Positions 11,185 through 23,830 of a stretch of DNA of 64,000 nt are shown one piece after another. A program made the position numbers and the translations under genes. The stretch spans positions 2,480,001 to 2,544,000 of the forward strand of contig NC_043006.1 of assembly GCF_006345805.1 (NCBI RefSeq), read 5' to 3'. The stretch is from Octopus sinensis (Eukaryota). Each line of letters opens with the position of its first letter. Positions within the stretch are counted from its first letter, which is position 1. The notes beneath the pieces are model-generated. The model was not told the DNA's origin. It did not search any database and worked only from the letters and a program-made list of their open reading frames with translations.

Positions 11185-12067
11185 AGCGAGAAAGAAGCAA
11201 CAAGAATGGATAGGTTTTTAGTACAATCGTTTCATACAGGACAGGCTTTATTAAAAGTTGCAAAAATTACAGCATATAAACGTGTCCCGTACTCATCAGC
11301 TAAAATACATATGAGTTCTCTAGACATCCTAGTGGTTGAGGCTATACTCATGAAGTAATGTAGATAATTAAGTAACATAAACAGATTTCCAAAGTTCATT
11401 AAAGTTCTTTAAAGATGATGTACAGTCTTATCACAGAATTTTAAAAAAGTTTTAATAGCATCACAGAGAAGGTGATCTAATCCATAGTGCACATATGAAT
11501 TTCCAGAGATATGATGAGGGATTACATCATTGTGTTCAACCATTGATAAATTTATCGCCTGTGAATATGAAATTCCTCTTCATTTCTCTGGAAATTTACA
11601 TCTACACCATTGGAAATTGTGCATCTATACAAAGGATTAATTCACCCTCTCTATAATGCTAATAAGCAGGAATTGAGACCCACCTCGTTGTGATTAACAA
11701 TGGATAAAGGTCTTCTGTGAGTATGTAATCCCTCATCATATCTCTGGAAATTCATATGTGCACTATGGATTAGATCACCTTCTCTGTGATGCTATTAAAA
11801 CTTTTTTAAAATTCTGTGATAAGACTGTACATCATATCTTAAAGAACTTTAATGAACTTTGGAAATCTGTTTATGTTACTTAATTATCTACATTACTTCA
11901 TGAGTATAGCCTCAACCACTAGGATGTCTAGAGAACTCACATGTATTTTAGCTGATGAGTACGGGACACGTTTATATGCTGTAATTTTTGCAACTTTTAA
12001 TAAAGCCTGTCCTTGTATGAAACGATTGTACTAAAAACCTATCCATTCTTGTTGCTTCTTTCTCGCT
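11185..12067. mobile_element. Foldback/MITE-like element with ~343-bp near-perfect inverted arms and ~195-bp spacer
   Basis: Arm 11185-11527 is the reverse complement of 11723-12067, with only about 3 small differences seen; termini AGCGAGAAAG...CTTTCTCGCT in TA context. Confidence 0.8.
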
Positions 12068-12194
12068 ATATATATATATATAAGTTTCAAAGCTTGTTGA
12101 TTGAATACGGTGACGGATGGATGGATGGATGGATATCAATATATAACGATTTATAAATAGACACTTAAAAGTGATGGATATACTATAGATAGGT

Positions 12195-12291
12195 TATAAA
12201 TAATGAATTACAATGCCGTCAGTTTACACCACCACACAACAAACACCACCACACACAGACTCAAAAGATTAAGTATTCACCACACGTAAGT
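12195..12291 (+). promoter_or_regulatory. Candidate core promoter and non-coding first exon (TATA - Inr - 5' splice site)
   Basis: TATAAATA 12195-12202, Inr TCAGTT 12219-12224, ATG-free 65 nt, donor GTAAGT 12286-12291. Confidence 0.35.
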
Positions 12292-12508
12292 TGTGTTGTC
12301 CGTCCGTCCGTCCGTCTGTCTCTGCCTTAGTATACGGGTGTTGTTACTCCAGGTAAAAAAATAACAAAACAAAAACAATCCGTGTACTATCAATCTGTGG
12401 ACAACACACTTTGAAGGTGTAAATCTATCCACATTCACACATGGTTGGACAAATAACCAAATGACTAAGTTAATTATGTATGTGTGTAGGTGTATGTGTG
12501 CCTGTGCG

Positions 12509-12612
<104 letters not shown>

Positions 12613-12733
12613 CAAAATAAGCAACTAGGATATCCAGTGGTATGCAGTACGATCGTTTCACGCAACTCCATTTAATGGTGAGGTGATAAACTTAAGTACC
12701 ATATTCATCTGAATCTAAATTTCTGCTGAACTC

Positions 12734-12789
<56 letters not shown>

Positions 12790-13144
12790 ATATATTTAAA
12801 AAAGGAGATGTGGAACACGAGTTGTGATATATAAAAAAGGAAATGAAGAAAATGCTGACAAAATAATTCAAGTAATTTAAGTAATTTAATTAGGTGGAGT
12901 TCTTTTTACTGGTTGCGCATTTGTTATGCTTATCAAAAGATGTTTTTTTAAGAGAGATAGAGTTACTTTCTAATAGATTTTTTCCTCTTATATATATATA
13001 TATGAAAACTAACCTCATTATAGGATAAAAAATATCCACAGAATTACTGGTGTGTTGCCTATTATTTTTTAGTGAATATTCATAAAATAATAGGTTTAAG
13101 TATAAATCTTGGTTTATAAATATTCAAATTTAAATTCAGAAAAC

Positions 13145-13467
13145 AGAGAAGTAGCATTAATGTAATTTATTAATTGCAAAAAAAATCAACATGTTCTCTT
13201 ACAGCTGTTTCGATTTTGCCCAAAGAATTAAATTCCAGTAATTAAAACATTTTATTATACAAAATCTCGTCAGAGTAGTAAAAAAGACATAGCTTTAAGT
13301 TATTATGTGTTATTCTTCCATAAAATAATCCCAATGCTATGTCTTTTTTACTCTTCTGACGAATTTTGTGCAATAAAGTGTTTCAATTACTGGAATTTAA
13401 TTCTTTGAGCAAAATCGAAACATGTTGAAATTTTGCAGGTAATAAATTATATTAATGTTATTTTTCC
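13145..13467. mobile_element. Older foldback MITE
   Basis: Inverted arms ~13150-13293 and 13336-13465 (e.g. CAAAGAATTAAATTCCAGTAATT / AATTACTGGAATTTAATTCTTTG), 42-bp spacer. Confidence 0.7.
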
Positions 13468-13556
13468 ATTTTCTGAATTTAATTATTTTGTGTATGTATA
13501 TATCTGTCTGTCTGTCAATGTGTATTCTGATGTATATGTGTGTACGTGTATACATA

Positions 13557-13912
13557 GGCATGGCTGTGTAGTAAGAAACTGGCTTCCCAACCTCTTGGTT
13601 CCGGATTCAGTCCCATTGGGTGACACCTTGGGCTAGTGTCTTCTACTATAACCTTGGGTCAACCAAAGCCTTGTGAGTGGATTTTGTAGATGGAAACTGG
13701 AAGAATTCTGCTGTATGTGTGTGTTTGTATCTGTTTATCACCTCACCACTTCTTGACAACTGGTGTTGGTGCATTTACATCACTGTGACTTAACGGTTTA
13801 GCAAAAGAAACTGATTGAATAAGTACCAGGCTTAATAAAGATCAGTCCTAGAGTTGATTTGTTTGACTAAAACCCTTCAAGGTGATGCCCCAGCATGGCC
13901 GCAGTCAAATGA
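13557..13912 (+). mobile_element. SINE family A (tRNA head + CORE-like CCTTGGGC(A/T)AGTG motif; resembles octopus OR2 from memory)
   Basis: Head GGCTGTGTAGTAAGAA..GGATTCAGTCCC, CORE-like CACCTTGGGCTAGTGTC, internal GT tract, conserved 3' half. Confidence 0.85.
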
Positions 13913-14653
13913 CATCTAACGGTAGTTGTCTATGTTGAAGGCAAAGATGTTGATGTTGACTCCAAGAAAGAAAGACAGTGGCTGAATACGTAGATAACAG
14001 ATTTATTTCACCATTTATATAATTAGGCAGGTATAAAAACAGTCGGAAAGCAGCCGAGGTAACGAGTATTATATTTTCTGGTAAAAGAGTAGATAGCGTT
14101 GGACATATACCTTGTCGTTCTAGCAGCCATAACTAAATAGATCAAGTGATGTTGCTGAATGAAAAGTGAGTGAGTGGGAAGGTAAGAGAGTGGTGGATGA
14201 GGAGACTATTGTATCGCTGGTGGATTCCAGAGCTGTCCCTCTCTGATGTTCTGTTGAGATGGTATTTTGGTCGTGCCAGTTGGCCTCCTCTCTGTTGATC
14301 GGTTTCCCTCACTGCCTTTTCCTTACAGAATGCTCATTTGTATAACTGCGTACACTAGCTAGGAAAATGGATATACTGTTATAACTGTGGCTAAATTAAT
14401 GTAGGTCATTTGTTATCCATCTGAACTTTCCATTGCATAGAAAAGCCACGAGTCAAATGGAAAACACATTGATCATCGCTCCCTTTTGACAAGACAATGG
14501 GTCAAATGGCTAGGGAGAATTTCCTGATTCAGTTTTGAATCTCAGGCAGGTAGGGCCAAACGAGGTCCTACAGACTGAAAGAAGTAAAACATAAAAGATA
14601 TATATGTATGTGTAGCTTTATATACACACATACATACATGTATATATATATAT

Positions 14654-15177
14654 CATCATCATCATCGTTTAACGCCCGCCCGGGTTGGACGGTTCGACTG
14701 GGGTCTGGGAAGCCAGGAGGCTGCACCAGGCCCAGTCTGATCTGGCAGTGTTTCTACAGCTGGATGCCCTTCCTAACGCCAACCACTCCGTGAGCGTAGT
14801 GGGTGGTTTTTACGTGCCACCAGCATGGAGGCCAGTTGGGATGGTGCTGGCAATGGCCACGTTCGGATGGTTCTTTTACGTGCCACTGGCACTGGTATCA
14901 CAACTACAATTTCCATTGAGTTTTGAGCGATTTCAATTCCGATTTCACTTGCCTCAACAGGTCTTCGCAAGCAGAGTTTGTGTCCCAAGAAGGAAAGGTA
15001 TGCATAAGTGGGTTGGCTACATCCAGGTAGAGGCCACAGGTTATGGCCTCACTTGTCCTGCTGGGTCTTCTCACGCACAGCATACTTCCAAAGGACTTGG
15101 TCTCTGGTCATTGCCTCGGTGAGACCTAAAGTTCGAAGGTTGTGCTTCACCACCTTGTCCCAGTTTTTCCTGGGTCA
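14654..15177 (-). mobile_element. 5'-truncated RTE LINE (ORF2 C-terminus + 3' UTR)
   Basis: Minus strand encodes RPRKNWDKVVKHNLRTLGLTEAMTRDQVLWKYAVREKT, then a UTR with GGTGGCACGTAAAAA modules and a (GAT)n tail. Confidence 0.8.
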
Positions 15178-15179
15178 TA

Positions 15180-15222
<43 letters not shown>

Positions 15223-15355
15223 TAAGGTATGTAGAAAAATACAACATGGACAAGAACGTATAACTCATAGAAGACGATACAATAAACATGGACAGGACAT
15301 TCGAACCCCTCAGTCTTCAGTCAAGAACCGGATCATCGTAGTAATTTCGGCTGAT

Positions 15356-15432
<77 letters not shown>

Positions 15433-15894
15433 TACATGTATGTATGTATTTCATTGTAATTATCATTCCTGCATCTACTTTTCTATAATGTGTGGATCAG
15501 GTGAGAGTGCACCAGAGCAGAATTTCAGTGGCTAGATGCCCTTCCTGTCGGTAGCATCCTCTTGTTTACAAGTAGTGTAATAATTGCCCAGTCTGTGAAA
15601 CAACATAACTCAGATATGTTATAAGCCCAGAACTGAAAAGCTGGGAAGAAAGGAAACCATATGAATGTGCTCTTACTTGCAAAAATCGTACAGTATGTCA
15701 AGAAACCCAGGCATGCTTTCAGAACTGAGCCAAGCTCTAATGTCTGCTTTTATATAGTTTCGATGACCAGATACCTTCCCTACCACCAACCACTGTATAC
15801 ACTGAGTGCTTTTTGACATTAGCAGGTCACCAAGTAACTTGCCCCCCCACCCCACCACCAACTGAACGAGAGTGAAATATTGATTTCAAATTTT

Positions 15895-16075
15895 GGGAGA
15901 GAGGATAAGTCAATTACATCAACCTTAATCTTAAACTGGTACTTATGTTATTAACGCTGAAAGGACAAAAGGCAAACTCGACCCCAGCAGCATTTGTACT
16001 CAGAATGCAAAGTTGGAAGAAATGTTGCTAAATATTTTTTCCAGTGCAGTAACGATTTTGTCAGTTTGTCACCAA
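15895..16075 (-). mobile_element. SINE family B, decayed
   Basis: AACTGGTACTTA..TGAAAGGACAAAAGGCAAACTCGACC matches the reverse complement of the B central domain. Confidence 0.7.
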
Positions 16076-16145
16076 GAATGAGAGTAATTTGATAACAAAA
16101 CCAAATTTTGATATTTTGGATGCATTTAATACCTATATTCTGATG

Positions 16146-16147
16146 TA

Positions 16148-16206
<59 letters not shown>

Positions 16207-16214
16207 TTATCTAT

Positions 16215-16260
<46 letters not shown>

Positions 16261-16262
16261 CT
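16146..16262. repeat. (TCTA)n tetranucleotide repeat
   Basis: Direct reading. Confidence 0.95.
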
Positions 16263-16539
16263 ATATTTATACAATCACGCACACATATATCATTACCAAT
16301 GCAAAGTACATTACAAAACATTACATTATTCTGCATTGTTGTGTAACCACTCCATTTCATCAGGTGGACAAAATCACTCAATGAAAATAAAGATATTTAT
16401 AAACTAATTCAATGGAAAGTAAGATTTCAAAGAAATATAGATTTTTAAAGATAGGATGGAGATATTGAAACTTATGACCAATTATACAGCCCAGTTGCAA
16501 AGCAACTAAATTAGGTTTGTACTAGAAGGAGAGTGGCCA

Positions 16540-16860
16540 GAAAACCGTATGCCTTTTTTAGAGGTTGGATTTTACTGCTAAAATAATTCTTGATGGGCAG
16601 CTAGTGTTTGTAATATTTCAATACAACTGTTATAGAGAATCAGCAGACTGGCTATTAGGGATCAATGTTTGTAATCTAGGATGGACAGGATCAGCCAAAA
16701 TATTCAGATAGTCCTTGATGTTAACTCTGCTATGTAGAATCACCAACGGGCCAAGAGAATTCTGTGATGTAGGTGGCAGAGTTTAAGTGCTGTGCTCTTG
16801 AGTATGGAGCAGGCAAGCTTCAGGTGATGTTCCTGGATTGTCAAGTACCAATGGTTTGAA
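16540..16860 (-). pseudogene. Tc1 transposase DDE-domain remnant
   Basis: Minus strand: NSLGPLVILHSRVNIKDYLNILADPVHPRLQTL, resembling the Tc1 SLGPL..L.GR.N..DY..IL.D.VHP..QTL stretch; WP motif downstream; stops present. Confidence 0.6.
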
Positions 16861-17071
16861 GTTCATTAACAGGGCATACATGCAAACAAGTATACTGCAC
16901 ATGCATACATACATAGATGTATATACATTCATTCCAATGTACAAACATACCTAGATACTTACAAAGTATCCATACATTGATGAAATGTTTGGTGGACATA
17001 TGTTGACCTACTGGTTTTGAGTATGTATGTCACTATGTTTAAATGTATTTGTGCATATATGCACAAATATT

Positions 17072-17442
17072 CTTTTTCTTGTTTCACTCATTTGACTGCA
17101 GCCATGCTGTAGCACCACCTTAAAGGGTTTCAGTCAAAGGAATTGATCCCAGAACTTATTTTTTGTAAGCCTAGTTCTTATTCTATCAGTTTCTTTTGTT
17201 GAACTGCTAAATTACAAGGACATAAACATACCAGCATTGGTTGTCCAGCAATGGCATGGGGACAACCACAGGCACACACACACACACAGGATGAGCTTCT
17301 TTCAGTTTCTGTCTCCCAAATCCACTCACAAGGCTTTGGTTAGCCCAAAGCTATAGCAGAAGACACTTGCTCGAGGTGCCACGCCGTGGGACTGAACCTG
17401 GAACCATGTAGCTTGGAAGCAAGCCTCTTACCACACAGCCAT
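17072..17442 (-). mobile_element. SINE family A
   Basis: Reverse complement of family A head (TTACCACACAGCC) to tail (TTGTTTCACTCATTTGACTGCAGCCATGCTG). Confidence 0.85.
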
Positions 17443-17738
17443 TGTATACATGAATGTGCATCTAAATATTTATACCTGCATGCATTCATGCATACAAATC
17501 ATCCATCCATTCATCCATCCAAACATGCCACAACCAGCATGGCAGCACCCAAGCACAGACATACCCATTCGTAGGCACCTATTTGTACTCACACTCAAAC
17601 ATGTACATACATCCTTATATATGCACACTGTAGAGAGGAGACTTGCATGCATTTGTAACATGTATATTTATGTTCATACAACCAAACAGTACATAGTAAT
17701 GTAAGCACGTCCACACACACACACACACATACATATAT

Positions 17739-18297
17739 ATCATCATCATCATTGTTTAACATCCGTTTTCCATGCTAGCAGCTGTTGGACAGTTTGACTG
17801 GGGTCTGGGAAGCCAGCAGCTGAACCAAGTCTGATCTGGCAGAGTTTCTACAACTGGATGCCCTTCCTAATTCCAACAACTCTGAGAGTGTAGTGGGTGC
17901 TTTTTACGTGCCATTGGTACAGGCGCCAGTCAGGCGCACTGGCATTGACCGTGTTTGGATGGTGCTTTTTATGTGCCACCTTACAAATAAGCACATGCAT
18001 GCAATCGACCGACTTGCTGGAATTACCAGCCAAATTCCCTTGATACCCTGCTGGTATTGTGTAAATGAAACCCATGAAATCATAGTTGTGGCCATTGCTG
18101 GTGTCATGTAAATGGCACCTGTGCCGCTGGCACGTAAAAGAGCCCATTACACTCTGGGAGTGGTAGGGCATCCAGCCATGGAGACCATGCCAAATCAGGC
18201 TGGAACCTGGTACAGCTCCTTGGCTTACCAGTTCCAGTGACACCATCTAATCCATGCCAGCATGGAAAGTGGATGTTAAATAATGATGATGATGATC
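17739..18297. mobile_element. Two RTE 3'-UTR fragments in inverted orientation
   Basis: (CAT)n-GTTTAACATCCG.. at 17739 (minus copy) and ..GGATGTTAAATAA(TGA)n at 18297 (plus copy). Confidence 0.75.
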
Positions 18298-20634
18298 TTA
18301 GAGCTGTAATTCATAACAAGGGGTATGCACCCCACTGGTGGGGCATGAGATTCAATTATTTTTTATTTTTTTTTTTTAGTGGGGCATGAAATTGCAAAAA
18401 TCCTGTTTTACTTAATAAAAGGGTTACCGGTAGATTCTTTTATATTAAATAATTGTAATAAAATAGTTAAAATACAGTTGTTTTTTTCCCAACCATCAAT
18501 ACATTTTTCTATGAAGTTATTGTGGAGTCTGGGGGGAAAATAGGTTTTGGAAATGTTGTCTTAGAGGAAATGCATTGCATAATGTGGCCCTTAGTTTCCT
18601 GCATATTAAGCCAGTTTGTTTACTTCTGGAATGCTTTTGATCATATTTCTGTTTGATCAACACTGACCTGGGGCCAAACAAGAACACAGATGTACATACA
18701 TACATGCACACTCACACATGCGCACGCTCACATACACACATATTTACACATATCCTTTTACATAGCTACTTGCCACTATACATTTATGTATGCTCTCCTC
18801 CACCACCTACATAGACTTATGACTGCATGCATTTGTATATATATATATATATGTTTATAACAACATGCAATTTTGTCAGTGAATAGGTCTTGGTTTCAAA
18901 GCGACGAAAATATTTTGGCAAATTAAATTTAAATGTTGAAGTGAATCTAACGGTTTTTGTGTGCTTTTAAATGTCTTATAAACACCTTCCACACTGCAAT
19001 TGTTTTTGCTTCAGCACACGATCTCAGATGAAGTCACTTGCTATGCAAGTACATCTCCGTGATATATATATATATATGTATATAATACAAATAAGAAAAT
19101 GGAGAAACAAATTCATCTTGTTCATCAACTTACGGATATCCCATAGTGGGTTACATTCATAACCCTTATCTTACTTTGTACTATATTTACATATATAGTA
19201 GAAATATGTTACAAAAAGAAAATATAAAATACACGTGGAAATGTAAGGGTAAAATATGAAAAATCAACGAAAATACACATTGCAAATAAAAAAAGGCTTT
19301 TTATGACAGGTAGTGACAAATATATACATTTAGATGGACTGAGGTAGTAATATGAGTCATAAAAGTCGTTATTATGAGATGATTATAAGATGATAATAAA
19401 GTCAGAAAACAAAGCGAACCATGGTTTCCACAAAAAGTTATTCATTGCTTTGAACAACACTGATATATATATATACACACACACACATACTCTTACATAA
19501 CTGCATGATTACACATTTAAGTACACATGAGAACATACAGTTTTACTCCCACACGCATATGCGACAGACACACTCTTCTTTCCTCAGTTCCTACACTCAT
19601 TACCAATCCAGAGAAAGAAGTCTTCCAATGAAGCATTTCTTTCTCAAAAGTTTACCTCCGTCTCTTTCTGTTTCTCCTCCTAACATTCCCACCAAGGGGA
19701 ACATTCTCTTTCATTCTATTTCACTTCTCTCTTAATTGCATATTTTCCTCTCATTTCCCTTACTTTTTTTCTCCCTATTTCTCCCTATTCCCTTTCTCTT
19801 CTCACACTGTCTTGTTTTCTCCTCTCCCTCTCTGTGTCTCCCACCATTTTCTCTTTCTCTTTCTAAATATCTCTTGGCATCAGTTTTCCTGGTTTACTCC
19901 TATTGAATTAAAAAAAAACAATAAATGAACAACTAAACAAAGAAAACATCTATTTAAAAAAAAAAACCTCCAGTAATTGAAGCCACTCAAACTCCCCCTC
20001 TGCTCCACCAAAGCACCCTGTGACCCCTGATTTAATTACTTCAGTAATTAAACCTAACTCCTTTGCCCACTTCTCACTGGAATTACTCCCTCTTCACCCA
20101 CCCTCCTCAAAACACTTCTGTTCCAAATGACATTTATGTCAGACACCTTTTTTTTTCTTTTAATTGTTCCTTTTACTTTTACCCTCTGCCACTGACTCTG
20201 TCCCTAAACTCATTCTTTTCTCTCCCTCTCCTCTCCCTTCTTTCTCCTCCCCTACTCCCCTCCTCTCCCCCTCTCCCTCCCTCCATGTCTAGAATATAAC
20301 AAGATTGTTCTAGTTATACAGTTTTAACTTTCTTCTTTGTACAGGAAGTTGTGAAATTTAGTTAAAACACCAAACACTAGCACCAAACACTTCCCTTGAT
20401 CTTGGTGGTGGCATCTGTCTGTGGCTTCATGATTCTCTTGGTTCTTTAGTTATAAGATATCCCTTATTGAGTAGATTTATGATCAAAAGCATTCCAACTG
20501 TAACCCTATATTTCTTTTTTTGTGTCCTTCATTTATAAGGCAGCAGGATTTGGGCACGATTTGGTTGTTAATTATAGCAGGTTGAGCAACCACATGTTTG
20601 GTTTCGGTTCAGCAGTGCTTACAGTTTTTCACCC

Positions 20635-21090
20635 TTAACCCTTTAATATTTCGATCACTCTGACAAGTTTTATGCTTATTTATTCACATCGATTTGCATT
20701 AGTCATGCATTACCTTGTAGCTTTTAAGGTGGCGAACTGGTAGAATCGTTAGCACGCTGGGCAGAATGCTTAGCAGTATTTCTTCCGTCTTTATGTTCTG
20801 AGTTCAAATTTTGCTGGGGTTGACTTTGCCTTTCATCCTTTTGGGGTTGATAAATTAAGTACCAGTGAAGCACTGGGATTGATGTAATTGACTAATCGCC
20901 CTCCTCCAAAATTTCTGGCCTTGTGCCTTTAGCAGTAAGGATTGTCTTGTAGCTCTGAAATTTCAATGACATGAATGTTTATTTTTGGAATAACATAGTA
21001 GGGTAAGTGTGAAATGCCAGATCTGGTCAGTTTGAACATGAAACAGAATATTTTGGCCAGATATAGCTGGTTTAAATGCTAAAGGGTTAA
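20635..21090. mobile_element. piggyBac-type MITE interrupted by a SINE B
   Basis: TTAA|CCCTTTA...TAAAGGG|TTAA ends. SINE B at ~20727-20945 is flanked by direct repeat CTTGTAGCT (20714-20722, 20946-20954). Confidence 0.75.
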
Positions 21091-21629
21091 GTTTAACAAT
21101 GAAATTAATACCAGTAATATAGCAGGATCATTTAAACAGGCTTTGTTCTGAGGTAAAAATAAATTGTTATCAGGTGGTAAAAATGACAGAATAGAACTAA
21201 CTATCATTTTTTTTTTGTTGTATTGATTGAGTGGAGATCTTTCTAGAAGCAGCATTTTTTTCATCTCTCTGCCTGGGAAAGATGAAACATACTAGTCATG
21301 AAGGAGATAATTTGAACTAACTGTAGTCTGCTCTTACTTTGACATTTACAGTGAAATCTGTGCTTTGTTGATGAGGCCATAATAAGGCTAAAACATGTTC
21401 AGATTTTCCTCCTCTACTTGAAATAATTGCAGTAACATTTGCCATTGACTAATATTGTTTTTTATTAACTGCATAATTATTTCTAATAAGATTTCCATTG
21501 CTTTCTGCATTATATAAGGGTTATGTTAGTTAGTTAGTTAGTTAGTTAGTTAATTTGGCTCAAAAGCAAATAGCAAGGCCATGTAGGGGGACATGGAGTT
21601 GTAACACACAAAAAAGGGCATAACTTCTT

Positions 21630-23092
21630 TATTAGCTGACATAGAGCAGTCAAATTACAAATGTCAGTAGAATAACTGTAACTTTGTACAAAGGTACTAC
21701 TCAACATACTCCCCATCACAAGTGATGCATTTATTCCATCATTAAAGTGAATTCTTAAATACTTATAGAAAAATTCAGGCGTATACTGTTGGACTCACTT
21801 CTTCACTGCCACTTACACCTCATGTGTGCCATTAAGTTGTTGCCCCTGCTAGACTGTCCTTCTTTGGATTGAACAGGTAGAAGTTGGAGAGCACCAGATT
21901 AAGGCTGGATGGCGACTGGGGAACTACCGAACCAACCCAATTTGATGATTGCCTGACCAGTTGCCAGAAATGTGTGTTGTTGCGCATTATCAAGGTGAAT
22001 GAGATTTCCATAATCTTTTTGAACGTTTCAATATGCCACTTGCTGGTCATGTGTTACAGTCCTGTTTCAGAAAATCAAAGGATGCTCTTGTCATTCCCCA
22101 CCAAACAGTCATGACTTTCTGTGCTGATTGCTGGCTCTTGAAGTTCTTGGGTGTTAGAGAAGAGATGTCATTTCATGGTCTGAGCCTTCATTTCTGGATC
22201 ATAAAGATATACCTGTATCAGCTGATTGGAAAAAAAATCTTGCCCTGCTCCTCCTCCTCCACATCATCATCATCGTCATCGTCATCATCATCAACATCAT
22301 CATCATCATCTAACATCTGTTTTCCATGCTGTCATGGGTTAGACTATTTGACATCTAGAGATGTTTGACTGTTTGACTACAGCTGGAGAGCTGTACCAGG
22401 TTCCAGTCGGTTTTGCCTTGGTTTCTACAACTGGAGACCCTCCCATATGCCAACCACTCCATAGAGTGTACTGGGTGCCTTTAACGTGTCACCAGCATGG
22501 GTGCCTTTTCACTGGCTTCAAATACTTCTAACTGATCATTGTAGACTATCATCCTTCACTTCTTCAAATTGGGTGTCACCTGCCAAAGTACCCACTTTGT
22601 ACACACTTTCTAATACCCTAAGTCTTCTACCATCTTCAGTAATGCATTACGACTGACTGGTTGTGCAGCAAGCTCATGGATTTTGCCATGTCTGTCTTCG
22701 TGACTCAGTTTGCTCATCCCTGAGCAACTCATGTCAGTAGTTACACTTGATGATCTCTCACTGCATAGTCTGACTTCAGTGCTGGTTTCCCCTCTTCTTT
22801 AAAATACTTCATCCATCTGTGCACATTGCTTTTGTCAGTGGTATTAACTCTGTAAACAGCCTTCTGTAGATGTCGGACAGGCTGCACTCCTCTTCGATCG
22901 AGAATACAAATGATGGCACATAGCTTTTGCTTGGAACCCATTATTTGCCTGCAATGAAGAAGAACAGCAAAAAGAGTTACAATGGAGGAAGAAGAGTTAA
23001 TCTTCCAAGATGTGCAATTTCAACGACCTACGTCAGCTAAAAAAAAGTCAGGCCTATATTTTTGTATTGCTTTTATACAACCCTCGTATATG
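21630..23092 (-). mobile_element. Decayed mariner transposon split by an RTE 3' fragment (~22270-22510)
   Basis: TIR-like TACGAGGGTTGTATAAAAGC at the right end. N-terminal HTH (VYRVNTTDKSNVHRWMKYFKE), LGYRKVCTKWV (WVP-like), and C-terminal NNTH..QSPSSLNLVLSNFYLF (HDNARPH / YSPDLAPSDF equivalents). Confidence 0.7.
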
Positions 23093-23404
23093 TTAACATG
23101 AACTGAATTTTCTCAAATTTATAATCTTGTTTCAGTTGATTTTGGTGTTATCATCAAAGAAGAAAGTACAATGACCATGTTAATTTCGGTGTATTGGGGT
23201 TGTAAAGTGATTAGAGGCATATTTAAGGGTATTCAGTTTAGACATTTCACTTTCTGAGTTCAAATCTTGAAGACAAAAATTACAATTTTGATTTTTATCT
23301 ATTGATAATGTGTGTACATATACATTTATATATGAATAAGTATGTTTGTATGTATATGTGGGCACATATGTATGTTTGTGTGTATGTGTGTGTGTGTATG
23401 TGCT

Positions 23405-23770
23405 TGGCTCTGTGGTAAGGAGTTTGCTTTCCAACCACATGGTTTGGGGTTCAGTCCCACTGTGTGGAATCTGAGGCAAGTGTCTTCTAATATAACCTTG
23501 TGAGTGAATTGATAGATAGAAACTGAAAGAAACCCATCATGTGTGTGTGTGTGTGTGTTGTGTTTGTATTTGTCCCCAACACCACTTAATAACCAGTGTG
23601 GTTGTGTTGAGGCTCCTGTAACTTAATTGTTTTGTAAAAGAGACCCATAGAATAAGTACTAGACTTCCGAAAAAAAAAAATACTGGGCTTGATTTGTTTG
23701 ACTAAATCCTTCAAAGTGGTGCCCCAGCTTGGCCACAGTCCAGTGATCGAAACAAGTAAAAGATAAAAGA
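23405..23770 (+). mobile_element. SINE family A
   Basis: Head GGCTCTGTGGTAAGGAGTTTGCTTCC, GGCAAGTGTC, tail GAAACAAGTAAAAGA. Confidence 0.85.
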
Positions 23771-23799
23771 TGTTTCTTTTGTATGTGTGCATGCATGTG

Positions 23800-23830
<31 letters not shown>

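Noticed and set aside
11905-11925. CTGATGAGTAC inside the long inverted repeat
   Set aside because: No closing stem or GAAA follows; chance 7-mer.
13930-14340. Possible solo LTR
   Set aside because: Could not define TG...CA ends, a TSD or a second copy.
15225-15358. CTGAAGA and CAGCCGAAA on the minus strand, possible hammerhead
   Set aside because: CAGCCGAAA lies upstream of CTGAAGA with its 5' partner lost in (TA)n, and CTGAAGA is not followed by a helix II and GAAA. At most a relic.
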